NCBI GenBank assembly: GCA_038245785.1
Contig: JBBRSB010000012.1
Span: 1-64,000, forward strand
DNA from: Gloeobacterales cyanobacterium
GTDB taxonomy: Bacteria; Cyanobacteriota; Cyanobacteriia; Gloeobacterales; PMM-0068
DNA: 64,000 nt
Direction: 5' to 3'
In this document: positions 28,775 through 37,924 of the stretch, piece after piece
How the letters are laid out: each line of letters begins with the position of its first letter
Numbering within the stretch: position 1 is the first letter of the stretch
Notes under the pieces: generated by a model
What the model was told of the DNA's origin: nothing
The model's input: only the letters and a program-made list of their open reading frames with translations
Databases searched by the model: none
Program-made: the position numbers and the translations under genes

Positions 28775-30190
28775 CTAGCAGGCCAGTTCTGGATCTAAAC
28801 GTACTTCTACGCCGAGATGCTCTAGAAGATTGAGTCCCTCTGGGGTTCCATCAATCCTACCGTCACTGTCTAACCAAAATACGTAGATATCCAGGTCCGC
28901 CAAAAAGGCAGCGTAATCGCCTAGGGGTGGGCGATCAAAAATAGCTGCTTTATAGATGGGGTATCCGGCCTCTTTCCAAGGGGTTACAGCGAAGCGCTCG
29001 AAATAGAGGAGTTGACCCAAAGTTTCTCGAATCACCTCAGCCATATCCTGATGGCCTAAGATCTTGACTTCCGCCAATAGAACGAGAGACTCATCTACGG
29101 CTAGAAAATCGAAGGTATCGGCATCTTCTCGGACTTCCTTGCCAGCCAAACGGAACCAACGTCGGAAGTTCTTGAGGAGCTGATCGTGTTCTGTGGTGCG
29201 CTCCAGTTGGCGACGGCGACGACGTTCTGCCAGCAGGGGATCGCGGGTAAGCGCTGAAGGAATGCCGCTGCGTTGGTATTGAGGCAATTCCTCAGGGTCT
29301 AAAACTAGCCTTCCACCGTGGGGCCGGGGACGGTCCATCTTGCGAGGCATGTGTGTGAACGTCAGAACCTCAGAATGTCCATGCGCTTGCGGTGGATACT
29401 GGGCTTCTCTTAACCAGATTTGATTGAGCGGATGTTCGGGATCAACATCAAACAATTCTTGCCAGAGGGCTTCTGAAAAATGGAAATCCTCACGCATCTG
29501 CTCTGGGGTAATCGTAGAGCGACCTTTCTGTAGGCGTTGATTGCCAAAATAGACAAACTGAGCCACAGGGTGGAAGGGGAGTGGTTTGTGGGCAGGCACT
29601 AAATAGTGCCACATCAAGGGGCTCCAGTCGCCCCGATGGACTTCTGCATGGATGCCTCGTCCCAAAATTTGGAGAAACTTGGGTAAACCGGGCTGCCAAC
29701 CACAGGGGTTGCCATCAAAACCGCATTTCTGGCGTCCCTGGTCAATGGTCAAGGGCGTTGAGGCGTCATAGACCCGAAAGGGACAAAGATCTCGGTCTGA
29801 TTCTAAAAACTCAATATTTTTCCAAAAGTTCAAAGCCTGTGCATGACAGCCAATGCCTTGCTGTCCGTTGGAGGCTTTATGCCAGCGGGTATGGTCTTCT
29901 ATGGATAGAGCCCGAGGCACGCCGTGGGAGTCTTGGTTAAACAGGGGCCAGATCGCTGCTGCGGGCAGTAAGGGATGTTCTTTCTGACTAAACTTGCTGC
30001 ACAAGAGGGCGAGATCTTCTAGGGAAAGATGGAGCTGCTCACTACCTACTTGTGGGATCTCCGCTTGGAAATACTGAACAGCTAAAGCCACTTCCAAAGC
30101 TCTAGGCTTACACTCGGGGGTCTGGTCCAAATAGCGACGCAACAGGCGAGAAGCTTCAACAAATAGGTCGTAGCGCTGGAGATATGCCAT
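28775..30190 (-). CDS. Uncharacterised protein with C-terminal PD-(D/E)XK-like nuclease domain
   Basis: FDFLA...AEVK...IRETLGQLLYF; four-Cys cluster in the N-terminal half. Confidence 0.55.
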   Translation of the reverse strand: MAYLQRYDLFVEASRLLRRYLDQTPECKPRALEVALAVQYFQAEIPQVGSEQLHLSLEDLALLCSKFSQKEHPLLPAAAIWPLFNQDSHGVPRALSIEDHTRWHKASNGQQGIGCHAQALNFWKNIEFLESDRDLCPFRVYDASTPLTIDQGRQKCGFDGNPCGWQPGLPKFLQILGRGIHAEVHRGDWSPLMWHYLVPAHKPLPFHPVAQFVYFGNQRLQKGRSTITPEQMREDFHFSEALWQELFDVDPEHPLNQIWLREAQYPPQAHGHSEVLTFTHMPRKMDRPRPHGGRLVLDPEELPQYQRSGIPSALTRDPLLAERRRRRQLERTTEHDQLLKNFRRWFRLAGKEVREDADTFDFLAVDESLVLLAEVKILGHQDMAEVIRETLGQLLYFERFAVTPWKEAGYPIYKAAIFDRPPLGDYAAFLADLDIYVFWLDSDGRIDGTPEGLNLLEHLGVEVRLDPELAC

Positions 30191-30193
30191 TGG

Positions 30194-30481
30194 TTACCAC
30201 GTACCCTCTTTGCCACTCAAAAGCCATTCCACAGAGACTCCCAGGGCTTTAGCAAAGCCAACAAGCTCCCAATCCGTTACCCGGCGGCGTTCGTTCTCCA
30301 CCTGTCCAATTTTCACGTAGTCCAGCTCGACGCCATAGCAAGCAAGTTTACCCGCTAAGTCATCTTGGGTTAGTAAAAGCCGTTCACGCATCCAACGTAC
30401 TCTGGGTCCGATCAGGTTTACCTTGCGCTCTGGGCGCAGGGGTCTCTTGGCATCATCATACGTTCGATTTTGAAAATCCAT
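30194..30481 (-). CDS. XRE family HTH regulator
   Basis: NLIGPRVRWMR...TQDDLA...VENERRRVTDWEL...ALGVSVEWLL. Confidence 0.85.
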   Translation of the reverse strand: MDFQNRTYDDAKRPLRPERKVNLIGPRVRWMRERLLLTQDDLAGKLACYGVELDYVKIGQVENERRRVTDWELVGFAKALGVSVEWLLSGKEGTW

Positions 30482-30651
30482 AGAGGTGATGATCGAAAAT
30501 CCTACAGAGCGACAAACTGATTCTTCTCTATTCTATGAAAAAGTAATGTTAAATCCTATGAATATCTACAGAGGCTATGATCGATTTTCGATTACTAAGA
30601 ATTCTTTCTTTTCTATAAACTGGCATAAATGGCACAGAGGCACAGGTTCTC

Positions 30652-31680
30652 ATGTATGTAGAACAGATGACTGATGAAGAAGCCAAGGCTCTTGGAACAG
30701 GACGGGTCAGCAAACTGCACGATCTTCGTCGCCCTATGAAAGACGACTCCGTTGACCTATATCTTAATGAGATTGGTCGTATCTCACGCGTGACTCCAGA
30801 GGAAGAGATCCAATTATCGCGCCAGATCCAAGCCAAAATAGTGCTGGAAGCTACCCATGCAACGCTTAGCGAAACGCTGGGCCGTTGTCCGACTGAGACA
30901 GAATTAGAAGAAGCTACGGGTCTTACTCCTGCTAAGCAGCAGCGTGTACTGCGTCAAGGCAGTTGGGCACAACGCAAGTTGGTGAATGCTAACCTCCGCT
31001 TGGTTGTTTCTGTGGCGAAAAAATATCTTAGTCGGGGCGTCCCTTTTCTTGATTTGATTCAGGAAGGGAATATCGGCCTGATGCGGGCTACCGAGAAATT
31101 TGATCCAGAAAAGGGCTATCGCTTTAGCACCTATGCCACCTGGTGGATTCGCCAAGGAATTACAAGGGCACTTGCAAACCAAGCCCGTACGATTCGACTT
31201 CCGATCCATGTGGTGGATAAAGTCCGCCGGATGAAGCAAGCAATCCGTCAGTTTAGCCAAGAGCATGGTCGCAGACCCAATGAAATAGAATTAGCAGCCT
31301 TAATGGAACTCAAGGTTAAAAAGCTCCAGCAGCTTCAGCAAGCAGCACGTCTACCTGTTTCTTTAGATATGCCCGTGGGCAACGAAGGCGATAGTGCGCT
31401 GGGAGAACTCTTAGAGGACCAGCATGGCGATGAACCTTTGGAAGCCCTGATTTATCATGCCCTGAAGTCAGATCTCTATCAGGGGTTCAACCAGCTCAAG
31501 CCTTTGGAGCAAGATGTCCTGACCCTCCGCTACGGTCTGAATGGGGATACGGCCTATAGCTTGGCGGAAGTGGGCAGCCACTATGACCTGACCCGTGAGC
31601 GCATCCGCCAAATCGAAACGGAGGCACTGCGCAAGCTGCGTAAGACCAATCAAAATCTAAGGTTTTACGTTCGGGTTTAA
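30652..31680 (+). CDS. Sigma-70 factor, RpoD/group-2-like
   Basis: [54 protein letters not shown]. Confidence 0.92.
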   Translation: MYVEQMTDEEAKALGTGRVSKLHDLRRPMKDDSVDLYLNEIGRISRVTPEEEIQLSRQIQAKIVLEATHATLSETLGRCPTETELEEATGLTPAKQQRVLRQGSWAQRKLVNANLRLVVSVAKKYLSRGVPFLDLIQEGNIGLMRATEKFDPEKGYRFSTYATWWIRQGITRALANQARTIRLPIHVVDKVRRMKQAIRQFSQEHGRRPNEIELAALMELKVKKLQQLQQAARLPVSLDMPVGNEGDSALGELLEDQHGDEPLEALIYHALKSDLYQGFNQLKPLEQDVLTLRYGLNGDTAYSLAEVGSHYDLTRERIRQIETEALRKLRKTNQNLRFYVRV

Positions 31681-31746
31681 GACGGCTGCCTAAGTTTGCC
31701 CTCGAACCGTTTATAGTCAAGTCAGTTGAATGTGAGACGGGCGGCG

Positions 31747-32469
31747 ATGGCTGATACGGACAAAGGGCAAAAGCTTTACGAGGGTAAAGCTAAGGTCATC
31801 TACAGTACGGAAGATCCTGGGATAGTCCGTGCTTATTTTAAAGACGATGCTACGGCCTTTAATGCGCTAAAAAAAGGCACGATTACCAATAAAGGCACGG
31901 TTAATGCTACGGTTTCTACGCGTCTATTTAAGCTTTTGGCCGCAGAAGGGATTCGTACCCATTTTGTAGACCAGCCTGCGCCCAATGAGCTACGGCTAGA
32001 GCGGCTAGCAATGCTCCCTTTGGAAGTGGTGGTGCGCAATATTGCGGCGGGGAGCCTGTGTAAACGGTATGGAATCGCTTCTGGACAGATTTTGGAAGAA
32101 CCGCTGGTTGAATTTTTTTACAAGGCCGATGAGCTGCAAGACCCGATGCTCAACGATGACCATGTCACCCAAGTTTTAAAGATTGTCAGCAAGCCTGAAC
32201 TCCAGCAGATTAAAGACCTTACCCTCAAAATCAATCAGGTTCTGCAAGCTTTCTTTTTGCGCTGCAATCTCCGCCTCGTAGACTTTAAATTAGAATATGG
32301 CTGGGATACAGACCATAATCTTGTTTTGGGCGATGAGATCAGCCAGGATAACTGTCGGCTTTGGGATGTGACGGATAATCGAGTTCTGGATAAGGACCGC
32401 TTCCGGATGGATATGGGCGATGTAGAAAGTTCTTATCAGGAAGTGATGAAGAGAGTTTTAGAAGCCTAG
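31747..32469 (+). CDS. purC: SAICAR synthetase
   Basis: LYEGKAK, LVDFKLEYG, DKDRFR. Confidence 0.95.
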   Translation: MADTDKGQKLYEGKAKVIYSTEDPGIVRAYFKDDATAFNALKKGTITNKGTVNATVSTRLFKLLAAEGIRTHFVDQPAPNELRLERLAMLPLEVVVRNIAAGSLCKRYGIASGQILEEPLVEFFYKADELQDPMLNDDHVTQVLKIVSKPELQQIKDLTLKINQVLQAFFLRCNLRLVDFKLEYGWDTDHNLVLGDEISQDNCRLWDVTDNRVLDKDRFRMDMGDVESSYQEVMKRVLEA

Positions 32470-32574
32470 GGCACTCAATCAGGTTTCTTAACAAGGCCGT
32501 AGGCATCTTAGTCAGTAACATTGATGGGGGCTATGGCTAGGAGTTTTGGGCCCTTAATCAGGTTTAATGAATTC

Positions 32575-33354
32575 ATGCGCATCTTAGTTAGTAATGATGA
32601 CGGGGTTTATGCACCGGGAGTTAGGACACTGGTTCAGGCTCTGGTGCAGGAAAATCACGAAGTTACGGTAGTCTGCCCTGACCGAGAACGTTCTGCTACC
32701 GGGCATGCGCTCACGCTCCATAAACCACTCAGGGTGGACCGCATTGATAACCTCTTCTCCCCTGAAGCACTGGTCTATGCCGTCAGTGGAACCCCTTCTG
32801 ATTGCGTGAAATTAGGTCTAGATGCCCTGCTAGAGCAAAAACCAGACATCGTGATTTCTGGCATCAATCGGGGCGCTAATCTTGGAACCGATGTTCTCTA
32901 CTCTGGGACAGTGTCGGCGGCGATGGAAGGAACGATGGAAGGCTTTCCTAGTTTGGCGGTTTCTCTGGTGAGCTACAGTGCCTACGACTTCGAGCCCGCC
33001 GCTCGATTTGTCACTCGCTTTATTCAAGACTTAGCTCAAAAGCCAGTCAGCGGTGGTTTTCTGCTCAATATTAATGTCCCCGCTATTGCCGAGGAAGACC
33101 TCTGTGGTCATGTCCTCACCCAACTAGGCGTGCGACGATACACCGATATTTTTGAAAAACGGATTGACCCTAGAGGCAAAGTCTATTACTGGTTGGCGGG
33201 TGTTGCCCAAGAAGCCGAAGAAAAACCAGGTACTGACGTGTGGGCTGTGCGCAGTAACTATATTTCAATCACGCCACTCCACTTTGACCTTTCCGATGCT
33301 CCTGGATTTAACCGCTGGATGGATTGGGGCTTAAATACTTCTCCAATGGCGTGA
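32575..33354 (+). CDS. surE: 5'/3'-nucleotidase SurE
   Basis: ILVSNDDG, GTPSDCV, SGINRGANLG, YSGTVSAA. Confidence 0.95.
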   Translation: MRILVSNDDGVYAPGVRTLVQALVQENHEVTVVCPDRERSATGHALTLHKPLRVDRIDNLFSPEALVYAVSGTPSDCVKLGLDALLEQKPDIVISGINRGANLGTDVLYSGTVSAAMEGTMEGFPSLAVSLVSYSAYDFEPAARFVTRFIQDLAQKPVSGGFLLNINVPAIAEEDLCGHVLTQLGVRRYTDIFEKRIDPRGKVYYWLAGVAQEAEEKPGTDVWAVRSNYISITPLHFDLSDAPGFNRWMDWGLNTSPMA

Positions 33355-33361
33355 ATGGATC

Positions 33362-34102
33362 TCAGGCCGCTGGTTTTTCAAAAATCAGCAGGTGTTGATA
33401 GGGGAGAAAATCCTTGGTTTCTTTCCAGATTAAATTAACGGCGGCCATCTCTTTGCGGACTTGGTCTTGGGTCATTTTATGGACCGCTTTAATCGGCACA
33501 TTCGAGTCTTCGCCGCGATATTCGATCAGGGCTACCCGCCCGCCTGGTTTGAGTGATTTAACCACGGCCTGCATCACTTCCCGAGGATAAGACAGCTCAT
33601 GGTAGGTGTCGACGAGCAAAGCTAGATCGACGGCGGATGTTGGTAAATTTGGGTTGGTAATCGTGCCTTGAATAGGCTCAACATTAGTGATTTTGCGGTC
33701 TTTTGTCAGTCCTTTGAGGACTTTGACCATTTCTGGTTGGACATCGACGGCTAAAACCTTTCCTTGAGGGACCACGGGGCTAATGCGAAATGTGAAATAG
33801 CCTGTGCCTGCTCCAATATCCGCAACCACATCGGTCGGTTTTAGATTTAAGCTCTTAATCACCTGGTCTGGTTTCTCCGTGACTTCACGACTAGAGCGTT
33901 CTAACCAAGCGGCTCCATCAAAGCCCATTACGTGAGCAATCTCACGACCCATGTAAAACTTGCCGATGCCGTCGGGATCATGGAGGGTTTTCTCTTCGTA
34001 TACCGGAGCGGTGGGAGAAACGGAGACAGGGGCTGAAGTTGCACCACAGGCAGCCAACACAAACCCTAGAAAGATTAGGGACAGATGTTTTTTTAATCGC
34101 AT
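33362..34102 (-). CDS. Class I SAM-dependent methyltransferase with lipoprotein-like signal
   Basis: VADIGAGTGY motif I; N-terminal ...FVLAAC. Confidence 0.85.
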   Translation of the reverse strand: MRLKKHLSLIFLGFVLAACGATSAPVSVSPTAPVYEEKTLHDPDGIGKFYMGREIAHVMGFDGAAWLERSSREVTEKPDQVIKSLNLKPTDVVADIGAGTGYFTFRISPVVPQGKVLAVDVQPEMVKVLKGLTKDRKITNVEPIQGTITNPNLPTSAVDLALLVDTYHELSYPREVMQAVVKSLKPGGRVALIEYRGEDSNVPIKAVHKMTQDQVRKEMAAVNLIWKETKDFLPYQHLLIFEKPAA

Positions 34103-34111
34103 ATCCAGATT

Positions 34112-34660
34112 CTACGGCTGCTTAGCCCAAGCTGCCTGCATTTGCTCAAGCACTTGCTCTGGATTGATCAGTTGTCCCTTGTAGCGTAGAGTCCAATGAA
34201 GATGAGGCCCTGTACTTCTTCCAGTAGATCCAACAGCGGCGATTATCTGTCCTGCTTCAACAACATTGCCTGCTTCCACGGCCACGGCTTGAATATGACA
34301 ATACAGATGGGTCCAAGGCCCTGACTCAACCGCTATGTGCCATCCACAGCGAGAGTCGTACTCCACTTTTTTGACCGTGCCTCCAGCCCAAGAACGAATA
34401 TAGGAGCCAGCCGGAGCAGCAAGGTCTAGACCATTATGAAATTCTTGTCCTTCTCCGCCAGTAGCCGAAGGGCGATAGCCAAAACGGGAAGAGATACGAG
34501 AGAAATTATCTACGGGAAAAGAAACGGTCCGCCAAAGATTTTGGTTTGGGTCCGTGGGATTTTGGTCTGCATAGGCAGGTCTACTCACCAAAAAGGTACT
34601 CAAAAGAAGCCAGAGTAGCGCACTCCTATAAATTACGTATTTCACTACCTCACGCCTCAC
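34112..34660 (-). CDS. M23 family peptidase
   Basis: HNGLD, GRSTGPHLH. Confidence 0.9.
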   Translation of the reverse strand: MRREVVKYVIYRSALLWLLLSTFLVSRPAYADQNPTDPNQNLWRTVSFPVDNFSRISSRFGYRPSATGGEGQEFHNGLDLAAPAGSYIRSWAGGTVKKVEYDSRCGWHIAVESGPWTHLYCHIQAVAVEAGNVVEAGQIIAAVGSTGRSTGPHLHWTLRYKGQLINPEQVLEQMQAAWAKQP

Positions 34661-34719
34661 CCTTGGAAAGGGGTCCCGATTATATAGGACGCTCTGTTAG
34701 GATACCCCTACAAAGCACT

Positions 34720-34741
34720 AAAAAACCTCCTATGTAGGAGG
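34720..34741 (-). terminator. Intrinsic terminator
   Basis: CCTCCTA/TAGGAGG stem followed by a T run on the minus strand. Confidence 0.7.
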
Positions 34742-34764
34742 CTTTCTAGACTATATCAGGGAGC

Positions 34765-35523
34765 TTAGGTTCCTGGCTTGAAGTTACCAACAAAGTAACC
34801 TTCAACTTCTACCTCACCCTTACCTGCGACCCCAGAGGCTTGATCCGAAACAAAAGTCCCAGAAATTTCACCCTTCTCAGCATTAATGTTTCTTACCTGG
34901 AAAGTGATTTTGCCCTCGCCACTTTCCCGTTCTCTAGACTCCGCTGTCCCTTTTTCCGCGACCTTAGGGCTGTAGGCATAGAAAGCCGTGGACTGATCAT
35001 AGCCAGCATCTGCGCCCCGTCCACGAGAATCGGTATAGCCCAAACCTCTGAGTGGAGGAACAGTAATAGACCCGACAAGGTTGGTGGAAGTATCTATCTG
35101 ACTAGCCACTGCGCCACTTGCTTGCAGGGCATTAATCGTAAAATTAAAGGGAATACGTTCGCTACCCTGCTGCAAGGTCGCTTGCGTACCGTGACGACCC
35201 CCTGCATAGGTGAAAGAAACTTTGCCGGAGGCATCCTTGGAAAGTTCGGCGCTTACTGGACCAAGGGGAGAGGTGTTTCCCCAGATAATTTTGGCGAGCT
35301 TGCCTTCATACTTGGCCGTACGTGCTTCCATACAGAGGTTGGTGGTCTTTAGGACCGTGCCAGGCGCCAGGGTGATAGAACCCCGACCTTCACTGGCTTT
35401 AGGACAATGGACATTACCGTAGACCGGCACTGCTGTGGATCCGATGCTACGGTCAGAACTGCAACTGGTTAGGGCCAAAGCTCCAAAACCAAAAATTAGA
35501 ACAGCGAGTACCGGGCTCTTCAT
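34765..35523 (-). CDS. Hypothetical lipoprotein
   Basis: Lipobox LALTSC; followed by a terminator. Confidence 0.7.
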   Translation of the reverse strand: MKSPVLAVLIFGFGALALTSCSSDRSIGSTAVPVYGNVHCPKASEGRGSITLAPGTVLKTTNLCMEARTAKYEGKLAKIIWGNTSPLGPVSAELSKDASGKVSFTYAGGRHGTQATLQQGSERIPFNFTINALQASGAVASQIDTSTNLVGSITVPPLRGLGYTDSRGRGADAGYDQSTAFYAYSPKVAEKGTAESRERESGEGKITFQVRNINAEKGEISGTFVSDQASGVAGKGEVEVEGYFVGNFKPGT

Positions 35524-35752
35524 TGGGCATCAACCTCTTACTGCAATCAGGGGGAGCGCTACAAGTCTTCATTAAAAAATAATCTGCCGCCATATGGCGA
35601 ATCTTAAAGGGATATTGCAAATTACTTTACAGAATCATCAATATCGTACATCAGGAAGTTGTAACTGTTACACAAATCTAGATACAGGGCTTAATGCTAC
35701 TTTTCTCATAGGATATTAGAAATGAAAGCTATTCAAGAATAAAGGAGCGGGC

Positions 35753-35923
35753 ATGGACCGTAAAGTAATCGAAGTAAAAATTGAAGCCATTAGAGAGAAA
35801 CGTAGCTTTGTTGTTTCCTTATTGGAGCGGACAGATTTGAGTGCTTCTCTTCAAAGTGATGTGCGAGAGGCCCTCAATGAGATCGATGACCTCCTCGCAG
35901 AGTATGAGCAGATGTTCTTCTAG
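35753..35923 (+). CDS. 56-aa small helical protein (not in ORF track)
   Basis: AAAGGAG RBS; MDRKVIEVKIEAIREKRSFVVSLLERTDLSASLQSDVREALNEIDDLLAEYEQMFF. Confidence 0.7.
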   Translation: MDRKVIEVKIEAIREKRSFVVSLLERTDLSASLQSDVREALNEIDDLLAEYEQMFF

Positions 35924-35938
35924 GCAATCCCAAAAGAC

Positions 35939-36067
35939 TTACAGCCTGATGTGCTCGCCACCCACCTTGAGGATTCCGAAGCCCAAAGCCATTGCTCCTA
36001 TGGTCAAGACAAACATCCCAACCCCGATGCCAATAATTTCAGACACAGGAATACTAGCGATTAGCAT
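35939..36067 (-). CDS. petM: PetM-like cytochrome b6f small subunit (42 aa, not in ORF track)
   Basis: MLIASIPVSEIIGIGVGMFVLTIGAMALGFGILKVGGEHIRL: EI...single TM...ALGF-x-x-LK pattern. Confidence 0.65.
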   Translation of the reverse strand: MLIASIPVSEIIGIGVGMFVLTIGAMALGFGILKVGGEHIRL

Positions 36068-36133
36068 GACTCACCCCCATAACAATGCCTCTTAAGATAA
36101 CGCCCTTTTTGCCTAAGGCGCATTCCTGCCAAT

Positions 36134-36162
36134 AAAAATGCTGCGGAGGAAGTTCCGCAGCA
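36134..36162 (-). terminator. Intrinsic terminator of peroxiredoxin gene
   Basis: TGCTGCGGA/TCCGCAGCA stem plus T run on the minus strand. Confidence 0.75.
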
Positions 36163-36280
36163 CACTCCAAACCAAGATTCTGCAGCTCTGTTGTTTAAGA
36201 ATAAGTTTCTTGAACAATGATTGCACAATAGTAATATCCCATTTTTTCGGACCTAAAGTTTACAACTCGAGGCAATTTCC

Positions 36281-37015
36281 TCAGGCGACCCCTAGGTAAG
36301 CGGCTAGATCCTCAGATCCACCAATCAGTTTGCCATCAATAAATACCTGTGGAACCGTCATTGCGCCCGTAACAGCTCGGACAGAACGAGTCGTCACATC
36401 TTTGCCGACCGTGATTTCTTCGTAATCTAAGCCATGCTCCTGCAGCATAGTTTTAGCTTTGGCACAGAAGGGGCATCCTACTTTGGCGAACAAAGAAACT
36501 ACTTTAGGCTTGGCCGCTTCGGGGTTGATGTAACGGAGCATAGTTTGAGCATCCGATACCTTGAAAGGGTCTCCTGGTTCTTCTGGTTCAATAAACATTT
36601 TGTCGACGACTCCGTCTTTCACCAGCATGGAATAGCGCCACGACCGTTTGCCAAAGCCCAAGTCTGTCTTGTCCACCAGCATGCCCATGCCTTCTGTGAA
36701 CTCTCCATTGCCATCGGGAATCAAGGTTACATGCTCTGCTTCCTGATCTTTTGCCCATTCGTTCATGACAAAAGTGTCATTGACGGACATGCAAACGATC
36801 TTATCCACGCCATTCTCTTTGAAAACTTTAGCCAGTTCGTTATAGCCAGGCAGGTGGGTAGAGGAGCAAGTCGGGGTAAAAGCGCCTGGCAAGGAGAAAA
36901 CAACGACATTTTTGTCTGTAAATAGGTCATCAGTCGTTATATCAACCCATTGGTTATTTTGGCGGGTACGAAAAGTAACGTTAGGAACTTTTTGGCCTTC
37001 TTGATTCAGTAACAT
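36281..37015 (-). CDS. Peroxiredoxin-glutaredoxin hybrid (Prx5-Grx)
   Basis: [15 protein letters not shown]-terminal CPFC and TVPQVF. Confidence 0.92.
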   Translation of the reverse strand: MLLNQEGQKVPNVTFRTRQNNQWVDITTDDLFTDKNVVVFSLPGAFTPTCSSTHLPGYNELAKVFKENGVDKIVCMSVNDTFVMNEWAKDQEAEHVTLIPDGNGEFTEGMGMLVDKTDLGFGKRSWRYSMLVKDGVVDKMFIEPEEPGDPFKVSDAQTMLRYINPEAAKPKVVSLFAKVGCPFCAKAKTMLQEHGLDYEEITVGKDVTTRSVRAVTGAMTVPQVFIDGKLIGGSEDLAAYLGVA

Positions 37016-37067
37016 GCGATTTCACTCCTGATGGGGCTTAACAAATTACAACAAATGCATCTAGTTA

Positions 37068-37090
37068 AGCGTACTCATTATGAGTATGCT
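37068..37090. promoter_or_regulatory. 7-1-7 palindromic operator upstream of the peroxiredoxin
   Basis: AGCGTACTCAT-T-ATGAGTATGCT. Confidence 0.55.
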
Positions 37091-37173
37091 CCGTCAAGTT
37101 GGATTAGGGCAGGGATTGGAAAAGATGCCCCGTCTCAGGAGTAGGCTTGTTAGATAGTATTGCTTTCTGAATT

Positions 37174-37620
37174 ATGTTAGACGCTCAAGGTTGGTTTTGG
37201 GTCGCTCATCCCATCTATCCCCACGATACGGACTACGGCGGCGTGGTTTCTCATCGGGCCATTGTTCAGTGGCTAGAGATGGCCCGGATTCAATTTGCAG
37301 CGGCTGCAGGGTCTTCTCTCTCGGAATTAGTGCAGCAAGGGATTGACCTCCCGGTCACTGCTTTAAATGTGACCTACACCAAAGCAATCCCCTACGGCAC
37401 CGAAATCCTTCTGGGAACTCAACTAGTACAACTGAAAGGGCCTCGCTTGGCCTGGTGCTATCGGGTTAAAGACGCGACAGAGACTACTTATGTGCAGGGA
37501 CAGAGCGACCATGCCATCGTTCAGGTGGTGGATGGAGGCTGGCGTCCTAGTCGGCGGATCCCAGAAGTTTTGGAGCAGTCTCTGCGGCCCTTTCTCGTGG
37601 TCCCCCAAGAACCAATCTAA
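37174..37620 (+). CDS. YbgC/4HBT-like acyl-CoA thioesterase
   Basis: HDTDYGGVVSH...WLEMAR. Confidence 0.8.
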   Translation: MLDAQGWFWVAHPIYPHDTDYGGVVSHRAIVQWLEMARIQFAAAAGSSLSELVQQGIDLPVTALNVTYTKAIPYGTEILLGTQLVQLKGPRLAWCYRVKDATETTYVQGQSDHAIVQVVDGGWRPSRRIPEVLEQSLRPFLVVPQEPI

Positions 37621-37702
37621 AATGTTCACTAAGCCACAAAAGTCTGCAGATCTCTAGGGTATGTTTGAGGGATATAGGATAGGAAGCAGTGAGAACGAAG
37701 CC

Positions 37703-37897
37703 ATGACTAAGAGCAATACTAAGGGCGATCTATCAGCACCTTCTAATGGCAACACGTGGGAATCTCTAAAGAAAGCTATTGTCAAAAGCTCTGGGTTCCT
37801 TAGATGGCAAGAGGCCAAGAACTTCAAAGTATCTGTGACCGACGAGGAACGGGTGCGCCTCTACTTAAGGGAGACGCTTCAGACCTTAGCTTATTGA
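37703..37897 (+). CDS. Small conserved cyanobacterial protein
   Basis: TWESLKKAIVKSSGFLRW...YLRETLQTLAY. Confidence 0.7.
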   Translation: MTKSNTKGDLSAPSNGNTWESLKKAIVKSSGFLRWQEAKNFKVSVTDEERVRLYLRETLQTLAY

Positions 37898-37924
37898 ATT
37901 TCGGCTTGCTAGGACTTTCTAGAC

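Noticed and set aside
35660..35672. TGTAAC-T-GTTACA palindrome as an NtcA site
   Set aside because: GTA-TAC spacing is 5 rather than 8; regulator not assignable
35841..36095. 84-aa plus-strand ORF
   Set aside because: Overlaps two better-supported small genes
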